A stretch of 64,000 nt of DNA from Deinococcales bacterium. Lineage in GTDB: Bacteria; Deinococcota; Deinococci; Deinococcales; JAAFIG01. The notes beneath the pieces are model-generated. The model searched no databases and had not been told where the DNA came from. It saw only the letters and a program-made list of their open reading frames with translations. The position numbers were made by a program, and so were the translations under genes. Shown one piece after another: positions 56,930 to 64,000 of the stretch (positions are counted from its first letter, which is position 1; each line of letters opens with the position of its first letter). The DNA lies in assembly GCA_031414595.1 (NCBI GenBank), contig JANNVX010000041.1, forward strand, positions 32,001 to 96,000. The letters run 5' to 3'.

Positions 56930-57963
56930 CATAAGCCTCCTTTTCGCATCAGCCATAAGAAAAAAGGTCCTCCAAGCAGGGTTGTAACAATCCCCACCGG
57001 TAATTCCCCAGGGCGAATCAGGGTTCTTGCCCCTAAATCCGAGAGCAACAACAAACTCGAGCCAGCCAGTGCCGAAGCAATTATTAACGGACGATGCGAT
57101 GCGCCACACAAACGGCGCATGATGTGCGGCGCAACCAAGCCCACAAAACCAATAATTCCAGCAAAACTGACGGCGGCGGCTGTCATTAGACTGGCAGCAG
57201 CAATCACCGCGATTTTAAGCCATAAGACCCGAATACCAAGGGTTTGGGCTGTGTCCTCACCGAGTTGCAGGGCATCTAAGGGTTTTGCCAAAAGCAGCAA
57301 CAACCCCAGACCCAATAAGGCAATTGGCAACACCACCAGCACTTCAGACCAACCCGCTAATGCCAAGTTGCCCAGTGTCCAAGAAAATACGGCGCGTAAT
57401 CTATCGGCATCAAAGAGTTGAATATAAGTGGTAATAGCCGTAATCATGCTGCCAATCACCACACCTGATAAAATTAAAGCATTACGACTGCTTTTGGCTG
57501 TGCCAGATAGTAAAATAGTTAAAGTCACAGCCAGCATTGCCCCAAAAAAAGCAAAGATTGGCACTAGCCCACTGCCAGCCGCCCTTGCCGAAAAAAGCGC
57601 AGGAGCAAAGGCTGGGGCAGCACTCGAGGTTAAAAAAATTGCGACTGTTGCCCCAAAAGCCGCGCCGCTTGCTACGCCCACAAGGTATGGGTCGGCTAAT
57701 GGATTTTGAAACACGCCCTGCATGGCGACCCCACTGGCGGCTAGGGTTGCCCCGACCAGAATTGCAAAAACCACCCGAGGCAGCCGTAAATTCCAGACGA
57801 TGGCTTCTAAACCCTCGAGTGACTGTCCGCTTAAACCTTTTTGAATGGCATTCCATGTCTGGCTTGGGGTAATCTCGAGTGTGCCATTAGAAACAGCCAA
57901 CAAAACCGCCAGCAGCAGCAAGCCAAAAGCAGCCAGTATCATCAGGCTCGGGCGGTGATTCAT
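56929..57963 (-). CDS. btuC: Cobalamin ABC permease (FecCD family)
   Basis: [25 protein letters not shown]; under the B12 riboswitch. Confidence 0.88.
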   Translation of the reverse strand: MNHRPSLMILAAFGLLLLAVLLAVSNGTLEITPSQTWNAIQKGLSGQSLEGLEAIVWNLRLPRVVFAILVGATLAASGVAMQGVFQNPLADPYLVGVASGAAFGATVAIFLTSSAAPAFAPALFSARAAGSGLVPIFAFFGAMLAVTLTILLSGTAKSSRNALILSGVVIGSMITAITTYIQLFDADRLRAVFSWTLGNLALAGWSEVLVVLPIALLGLGLLLLLAKPLDALQLGEDTAQTLGIRVLWLKIAVIAAASLMTAAAVSFAGIIGFVGLVAPHIMRRLCGASHRPLIIASALAGSSLLLLSDLGARTLIRPGELPVGIVTTLLGGPFFLWLMRKGGL

Positions 57964-58836
57964 TTAGAACTTGATGTCTGGATGTAAAAAGCGCACAAGG
58001 ACTTTAAGTGCCACAGGTAAACGTGGACCAGGACGAACAATCGCATCGTTTTCCTCAGAGGTTGCGCGGTAAACACGGTTATTTTTGACCGCCGCGATAG
58101 TTGCCCAACCTGGACGAAGCAGCAAATCCTCGAGCTTTGCGCCAATAATCACACTTGGGTTGCTGCTGACCACAATTTCTGGACTGATTTTTGGAAATGC
58201 CCCAAGTGTAGCTGGCAAAATGTTTATCCCACCGGCTCGAGACAACATCTCGCCAATAAAACTGCTTGGTCCTGCGGCGTATGGGGTTGGATCAACTTCA
58301 AAGTAAGCACTGACCCTTGGACGACCAGCTATTTTTGCGGCAATACTGTTGATTTCGCTTCGCATACCCGTAATTAAACGCAAAGAATTGGCTTCACGAT
58401 TGACCATCCGCCCAAGCGCCGCGATTTTCTCAAAGGTCTCGAGGTACGTTTGTGCCGAAGCGCCGTAGACCGTAATCCCCAGCTTCTCGAGGCTGGAGAC
58501 CAATTTAGAACTGGTGCTTTCGTCGGCTAAAACTAAATCGGGTTTGAGGGCTGCGATTGCCTCGAGATTCGGTACAAAACCACTGCCAACTTTTTGGATT
58601 TTACTGGTCTCGAGTTTTGGATAATTGCTATATTCGTCTATGCCGACCAATTTAGCCCCAGCCCCAAGTGCAAAAAGTGTTTCGGTGTGGCTCGGCAGCA
58701 TCGCAATAATTCGTTTTGGTTCGGATTTTAAGGTGATGCTGCGCCCCAAATCATCGGTGATACTAAGCGGGTAGGAACTGGCAAGAGAAGACGAGAACAA
58801 GCAAGCAACAAGGAAAACAACTAATTTCTTCAACAT
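57964..58836 (-). CDS. btuF: Cobalamin ABC substrate-binding protein
   Basis: DDLGR...PKRII...PSHTE, NLEAIAALKPDLV, RPGPR; first gene after the riboswitch. Confidence 0.85.
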   Translation of the reverse strand: MLKKLVVFLVACLFSSSLASSYPLSITDDLGRSITLKSEPKRIIAMLPSHTETLFALGAGAKLVGIDEYSNYPKLETSKIQKVGSGFVPNLEAIAALKPDLVLADESTSSKLVSSLEKLGITVYGASAQTYLETFEKIAALGRMVNREANSLRLITGMRSEINSIAAKIAGRPRVSAYFEVDPTPYAAGPSSFIGEMLSRAGGINILPATLGAFPKISPEIVVSSNPSVIIGAKLEDLLLRPGWATIAAVKNNRVYRATSEENDAIVRPGPRLPVALKVLVRFLHPDIKF

Positions 58837-58965
58837 AAAAACCTCTAACAAGAAGGCGAAAAACACAAAAAGACGCACTGGAAACACCAGAACGTCAACC
58901 TATAAAAACTCAAATACCATAAAAACGCCCCCTTTCTCTCGAGAGGTGAACCCAAAAGGTTCAGA

Positions 58966-59076
58966 TTTGGCAGGCATTCGGGCTTATGAACAAATCAATT
59001 ACCGTTGCGGAACAGCGCTGGAATTGCACCAGCTTCCCCATTTTTATCTCGAGATTACGCACCTCGAGAACCAAAC
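58966..59076 (-). ncRNA. Cobalamin riboswitch
   Basis: Minus strand GGGAAGCTGGTGCAATTCCAGCGCTGTTCCGCAACGGT...AGCCCGAATGCCTGCC; TAGACT box just upstream; boundaries approximate. Confidence 0.92.
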
Positions 59077-59160
59077 GGGTGCAGTCTACACTTTTTAGGT
59101 ACATCAGTGCGTTCATGTGACGGTACATCTTGACCACTTGTGCAGGATTACACTAAGTCC

Positions 59161-60255
59161 ATGAATGCCTCAGACCAAGACCTCGAGAAAGCCCTGACTG
59201 GATTGCGTCTCGAGAACCATGAATTGCTGGCACTGTACGACGCACCTTTGCCAGACCTTGCCAGTGTTGCCCATCAGTTGCGCCTGAAACGCACTTTGGG
59301 TGATACAGTCACCTATTTGATTGACCGCAATATCAATTACACCAATATTTGCAATGTCGGTTGTAATTTTTGTGCTTTTTATCGCACCCCACGACAAGGC
59401 GACGCGTACACTTTAACTTTTGAACAAATCTCCGAGAAAGTTGCGGAACTCGAGGCAATAGGCGGCACACGGATTCTGCTCCAAGGTGGGGTCAATCCAG
59501 CCCTGCCATTTGACTGGTATCTCGAGATGTTACGTTTTTTGAAAACCCATCACCCAAGCATTAAACTTGATGCCTTTAGCCCCGAGGAAATTTTAGGACT
59601 CGAGAAAATCACGGGTTTAGATGCTTTAGCAATCATCACCCAAATGAAAGAAGCTGGCTTAGACGGTTTACCCGGCGCGGGTGGTGAAATTCTCGAGGAT
59701 GAAGTGCGACTAGAAGCTGCTCCAGCCCGAATTCCCAGTGCTGATTGGTTTAGAATTTTAGATGTTGCCCAGAGCCTCGGCTTGTATACGATTTCGACCA
59801 TGGTAATCGGTTTTGGTGAAACCATGCAGCACCGTGTTAATCATCTTCTAAAAATTCGCGCTCAACAAGATAAAGCGCTACTTGAATACGGTAATGGCTT
59901 TAGTGGTTTTGCGATGTGGACATTACAAACCGAACACACCAGACTGTATGGCAAAGCCCCCGGCGCAAGCGCCCATGAATACCTCAAAAACTTGGCGGTC
60001 TCGAGAATTGCCCTCGATAACATTGTCAACATCCAAGTTAGCTGGCCCACGCTCGGATTTAAGGTCGGACAAGTCGGATTGTTTTACGGCGCAAATGACT
60101 TTGGCAGCACAATGATGGAAGAGAACGTGGTTTCCCAAGCTGGTGGACATGACCGTGTGCGTGTCACTGAAAAAGAAATTATCAGGCATATTTCGGACGC
60201 AGGTTTTAAGGCAGCCCAGCGCAACTCGAGATTCCAGATTTTGAAAGAGCTTTGA
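59161..60255 (+). CDS. mqnC: Cyclic dehypoxanthinyl futalosine synthase (radical SAM)
   Basis: IDRNINYTNICNVGCNFCAFYR, LPGAGGEIL, DFGSTMMEENVV; TACACT 6 nt before ATG 59161. Confidence 0.9.
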   Translation: MNASDQDLEKALTGLRLENHELLALYDAPLPDLASVAHQLRLKRTLGDTVTYLIDRNINYTNICNVGCNFCAFYRTPRQGDAYTLTFEQISEKVAELEAIGGTRILLQGGVNPALPFDWYLEMLRFLKTHHPSIKLDAFSPEEILGLEKITGLDALAIITQMKEAGLDGLPGAGGEILEDEVRLEAAPARIPSADWFRILDVAQSLGLYTISTMVIGFGETMQHRVNHLLKIRAQQDKALLEYGNGFSGFAMWTLQTEHTRLYGKAPGASAHEYLKNLAVSRIALDNIVNIQVSWPTLGFKVGQVGLFYGANDFGSTMMEENVVSQAGGHDRVRVTEKEIIRHISDAGFKAAQRNSRFQILKEL

Positions 60256-60310
60256 GCTATGGGCTATGAGCTTTGAGGCAATTCGTTTTTCACAGGATTC
60301 TCGAGGGATT

Positions 60311-60766
60311 ATGGACATTAGAATTGATGATTTAAGTGGGACAGAAATTGCGGCACTGCTCGAGGAACACATTGCCGATATGCGCCGCATTTCGCCACCA
60401 GAAAGTAAACATGCGCTTGACCTAAACGGTTTACGCCAGCCAGAAATTACCTTCTGGACAATCTGGGATAATGGGTTAGCAGGTTGTGGAGCGCTAAAAG
60501 AACTAAGCAGCACCCACGGCGAAATTAAGTCTATGCGAACTGCCCAAACACACCGAAGGAAAGGTGTGGCGGCTAAAATGCTTGGTCATTTAATCGAAGA
60601 AGCCACGCGGCGCAAGTACACCAAACTCAGTTTGGAAACGGGTTCGATGCCGTTTTTTGCGCCTGCTCGAGAACTTTATAAAGGTTTTGGATTTATCGAA
60701 AGCCACGCCTTTGGCAGTTACTCCGATGACCCCAACAGTGTTTTTATGACAAAGGCACTTGAGTAG
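60311..60766 (+). CDS. GNAT N-acetyltransferase (YedL-like)
   Basis: [31 protein letters not shown]. Confidence 0.9.
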   Translation: MDIRIDDLSGTEIAALLEEHIADMRRISPPESKHALDLNGLRQPEITFWTIWDNGLAGCGALKELSSTHGEIKSMRTAQTHRRKGVAAKMLGHLIEEATRRKYTKLSLETGSMPFFAPARELYKGFGFIESHAFGSYSDDPNSVFMTKALE

Positions 60767-61640
60767 CCTCGAATTTTCTTGAAGGCTGCACAAACTCGTC
60801 CTGCGCCGCAATCAACTGAATTTCTCGAGTCCCCAAAGTGTGGGTTAATAGAAGTAAATTGTATAGCGCACTGCCAGCCTTCTCGAGGGCAGTTTTGACA
60901 TTTTTTGTTTTCAAGTAATGCCCTAAAAAAAGCGCCGCAATACAATCGCCTGTGCCGTTGCGTGGTGGGTCAAGCGGGATTTTTGGAGTCTCGAGCAACC
61001 ATGCCCCATCACTTGAAACCGCCAGAACTTCGATGCTGCTTGTTAAACGCTCCAAACTTGTGACCAGCACAATTGCACCTTTGGGCATTTTTGAACGCAG
61101 GGTTTGAGCCGCAAAAACAGCCTCCTCGAGCGTTTGAATTTTTATTCCCGTCAACAACTCGAGTTCAAATTGATTTGGCGTGAGAATATCGGCTTGGGGG
61201 ACAACCGTTTCACGGATTAAATCTGGTAATTCAGGGCGGACAAAAATGCCGCGTCCAACATCGCCCATGACGGGATCACAACAAAAAAGGGCTTTGGGGT
61301 TGGCAGCACGAACTTTTTGCACCGCTTTGAGAATCGCATTGGCGGTGTCTGGCGCTCCCATATACCCAGAAAGCACCGCCGCACAATCTGGCAAGACTCC
61401 ACGGTCGGCGATGCCCTGAACCAAGGCTTGGGTTTGTTCGGCTGGAAAAACCTGTCCAGTCCAAGCGCCGTACCCTGTGTGATTACTAAACTGCACCGTA
61501 TGGACTGCCCAGACTTCAAAACCGAGGCGTTGCAATGGAAAAACTGCCGCCGCATTGCCCGCATGACCATAGGCAACCCAGCTTTGAATGGACAAAATGT
61601 TTAGCGGAAGCATCATGCCACTGCTAGTTTGCGACATCAT
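60744..61640 (-). CDS. pdxY: Pyridoxal kinase
   Basis: [42 protein letters not shown]. Confidence 0.92.
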   Translation of the reverse strand: MMSQTSSGMMLPLNILSIQSWVAYGHAGNAAAVFPLQRLGFEVWAVHTVQFSNHTGYGAWTGQVFPAEQTQALVQGIADRGVLPDCAAVLSGYMGAPDTANAILKAVQKVRAANPKALFCCDPVMGDVGRGIFVRPELPDLIRETVVPQADILTPNQFELELLTGIKIQTLEEAVFAAQTLRSKMPKGAIVLVTSLERLTSSIEVLAVSSDGAWLLETPKIPLDPPRNGTGDCIAALFLGHYLKTKNVKTALEKAGSALYNLLLLTHTLGTREIQLIAAQDEFVQPSRKFEATQVPLS

Positions 61641-62101
61641 GCCACCATTGGTTTACTGGTTTTACCGCTTAAGCTCCTGAACCTCGAGACGGCATTGACA
61701 TCTTCGGCTAACTCGAGCATATCAAGGTAAATATCATCAGCATAATACGCCAGCGCCGTTAGTCCTTCGGCAAAGACTTCGTAACGCAGTGCCGAAACTG
61801 GTAGTTCTACAGTTAAAGTCACATCTTCGTCTTCATCGAGGACAAACTTGGCAAGGTTCATTTCCCGGTTAAAATGCAGCATCGCTTCCATCGTATGCAC
61901 CCGAGTTTTCTCGAGTTCAGGGGCTGGCACAAATGGCGAGATGGTCATGTACAACCACGCCTCGGTCAAGCGCATGTAAATGGTAAAAAAACCATTTTCG
62001 CCCTTAAAACCTGTGCGCCAGACACCATCACCAATGGTTTCAAAGCTCCAGCCGTATTCGCCAAAGAATTTTTCTACTGTTTGAGGTTTGACTTCCGTCA
62101 C
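61637..62101 (-). CDS. YbjN domain protein
   Basis: Acidic protein with N...LAKF.LD pattern; TAGAAT 7 nt before GTG 62101. Confidence 0.65.
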   Translation of the reverse strand: MTEVKPQTVEKFFGEYGWSFETIGDGVWRTGFKGENGFFTIYMRLTEAWLYMTISPFVPAPELEKTRVHTMEAMLHFNREMNLAKFVLDEDEDVTLTVELPVSALRYEVFAEGLTALAYYADDIYLDMLELAEDVNAVSRFRSLSGKTSKPMVA

Positions 62102-62154
62102 GCCTTGTATTCTAACCTTGTTGCCCAATAAGTCATGCGCCAAATGTCCAAGGT

Positions 62155-63228
62155 TTAACCAAGTACATTCGCCAAGCGTTTCATGCCTTGGTCTATTTCG
62201 TCAAAAGTCAGCGCACAAAATGGCAAACGCAAGAAGTTATTGCCGTCAGTTGGATTGACAAAAAAACCCCGTCCGTCGGTTAGTGCTAAGCCCGCACCTG
62301 CGGCTCTGGCAAGAACATCGCTGATACTCGAGCCGCTTGGTAAACGAATGGATAAGAAAAAACCACCTTCGGGTTCGTAGAAGTCGGTCAGACCATTAGC
62401 CCTAAGTGCCGTTGCCATGCGTTCTAAACGCGGGGCGTATAAGGCGCGTAAACGCTCGAGTTGCGGTTCTAAATGACCTTGCCGTAAGAATTCAAAAACC
62501 GTGGCTTGCCCCAAGAACGCCCCAGAAATATAGGTATCGTTGGCAGCTTTGGCAAGTTTTGCCAGCCATAGTTTATCGCCAACCAGTGTTCCAACCCGTA
62601 CTCCGGGCGAAATTTGTTTGGTGTACGAACTCATCTGCATGACTCGAGTCGGATTCAACTCAAATAAACTGGGGATATTGATGCCTTTGTAGCGCAAGGG
62701 GCGGTACGGCGCATCCTCGAGAATCATAAAGTCATGGGCTTGGGCTAGTTCTAACACTGCTTGGCGTTTTTCTAGGCTCATGGTTGCCCCACTTGGGTTT
62801 TGAAAATCGGCAATTAAGTACACCAGACTTGGTTTGTGGGTTTCCACGGCTTTTTTGAAGGCTTCGAGATTCACGCCGTCATTCTCGAGTGGGACTAAGA
62901 CAATGTTGACCCCGTGGCGTTTTAAGAGCGTGATGGTACGGTCATAGGTTGGCGATTCAACCAGTACGGTTGCACCAGTGGGCAGAATCAAACCCAGCAA
63001 ATCCACAAACGATAAACTGCCGTTGCCAATCAGCACTTGGTCGGGGCTGACTCCGTTCTGAACGGCTAAAAGTTCACGAAGCGGCGTAAAACCATAGCCA
63101 GTCCCATAACGCATTGCCTCGAGTGCCAGTTTCGGGTCTTGCATCACGGCGGCAGCACATTCGCGTACCAACTCGAGCGGATAGGATTCATCGGCGGGAA
63201 CACCACGGGTCAGTTGAATCGTTTGCAT
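62155..63228 (-). CDS. PLP-dependent aminotransferase (LysN/MocR-type catalytic domain)
   Basis: ESPTY, DFQNPSG, EDAPY, SYTKQISPGVRVG, PEGGFF. Confidence 0.88.
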   Translation of the reverse strand: MQTIQLTRGVPADESYPLELVRECAAAVMQDPKLALEAMRYGTGYGFTPLRELLAVQNGVSPDQVLIGNGSLSFVDLLGLILPTGATVLVESPTYDRTITLLKRHGVNIVLVPLENDGVNLEAFKKAVETHKPSLVYLIADFQNPSGATMSLEKRQAVLELAQAHDFMILEDAPYRPLRYKGINIPSLFELNPTRVMQMSSYTKQISPGVRVGTLVGDKLWLAKLAKAANDTYISGAFLGQATVFEFLRQGHLEPQLERLRALYAPRLERMATALRANGLTDFYEPEGGFFLSIRLPSGSSISDVLARAAGAGLALTDGRGFFVNPTDGNNFLRLPFCALTFDEIDQGMKRLANVLG

Positions 63229-63328
63229 ACAATTGGGATGCTAACATTTACCTCTGAGAATCGTTCACTAGAGCCCCCGAAAAGTCCAGATTCTTAGGCA
63301 GACCAGTGCATCACAAACCAGAAAATCA

Positions 63329-63443
63329 GGGCGAACACGGGGGTTCGCCCCTACAAAATACATTGTTATGCCCTTTTTGTAGGGACAGGCGACCATGCCC
63401 GTCAGGTGCGCGTTTATGGTCAAGACACCCCTGTGTCTGTCCT
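63329..63443. repeat. REP cluster (one intact copy and one interrupted copy)
   Basis: GGGCGAACACGGGGGTTCGCCCCTAC ... GTAGGGACAG[insert]GACACCCCTGTGTCTGTCCT. Confidence 0.75.
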
Positions 63444-63536
63444 ATAACTAACGATGAAATGGCATTCTTTCGGAGGCTCTATCAGCCTGTGTTCGGCTGA
63501 CATAGACAGCCTGTGTCCTTAAGGTAAGCTAAGACT

Positions 63537-64000
63537 ATGGAATATCGTTTATTGGGTCGTACAGATTTTAACATTTCAACCATCAGTTTTGGCGCGTGGG
63601 CAATTGGTGGAACTTGGGGTGAAGTGCGTGACGAGGATAGCCTTGGGGCGCTCCACAAAGCCCTTGATTTGGGTGTCAATTTTATTGACACCGCCGATGT
63701 CTACGGCGATGGGCGCTCGGAGCGTTTAATTGCCAAGTTGCGTTCAGAACGCTCTGAGCCTTTTTTTGTTGCCACCAAAGCAGGGCGCAGACTGCCTAAG
63801 CAAACAGTAGACGGCTACAGCAAAGAAAACCTACATGCTTGGGTCAAAGACAGCTTGGATAACCTTAAAACTGAGACGATAGACTTATTACAACTGCACT
63901 GCCCACCAACTGATTTATACCACTCAGACACGGTTTTTGGCATTCTCGAGCAGATGAAAAAAGATGGCATGATTCGTCATTACGGGATTTCAGTGGAAAC
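63537..64000 (+). CDS. Aldo/keto reductase, runs off the window
   Basis: Manual translation MEYRLLGRT..ISTISFGAWAIGG...GVNFIDTADVYGDGRSE...VATKAG...IDLLQLHCP. Confidence 0.9.
   Translation, partial: MEYRLLGRTDFNISTISFGAWAIGGTWGEVRDEDSLGALHKALDLGVNFIDTADVYGDGRSERLIAKLRSERSEPFFVATKAGRRLPKQTVDGYSKENLHAWVKDSLDNLKTETIDLLQLHCPPTDLYHSDTVFGILEQMKKDGMIRHYGISVE

Noticed and set aside
63306-63500. 64-aa ORF sharing QGEHGGSPL with TilS
   Set aside because: The shared peptide is only the translated REP; no SD or other coding evidence.
1-64000. CTCGAG excess as an XhoI cloning or ligation artefact
   Set aside because: Sites lie inside intact genes in all frames with no breaks in gene continuity.

Overview
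64 kb of bacterial chromosome, most likely from Deinococcota (inferred from the TilS-TadA fusion, mqnC, a Thermus-like trehalose/maltose ABC system, and many genes with a TANNNT -10 box 6-7 nt before the start codon). It holds about 55 genes: moxR/DUF58, two sugar ABC loci, an ECF sigma/anti-sigma pair, hflX, tilS-tadA, ilvD, a ParE/RelE-like toxin-antitoxin pair, a Rieske oxygenase, a sugar-phosphate isomerase/kinase/GH13 cluster, a NitT/TauT-creatininase-deaminase-FAD oxidoreductase-MTHFR-like cluster, a cobalamin-riboswitch salvage operon with two broken genes, mqnC and pdxY. No rRNA, tRNA, CRISPR array or transposase was seen. Best leads: (1) a lipoprotein subtilase carrying four protein-identical but synonymously diverged GSLGLWAD repeats, 2 nt upstream of a TPR-HD-GYP-degenerate GGDEF protein, which is a candidate peptide-signal/cyclic-dinucleotide system; (2) very strong over-representation of the palindrome CTCGAG, including in terminator and riboswitch stems; (3) a REP doublet translated in frame inside tilS; (4) a TGATG-coupled mini-ORF relay between two ABC permease genes; (5) a probable ACG start for hflX. 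All counts were made by eye and all product calls come from motif recognition, not database searches.
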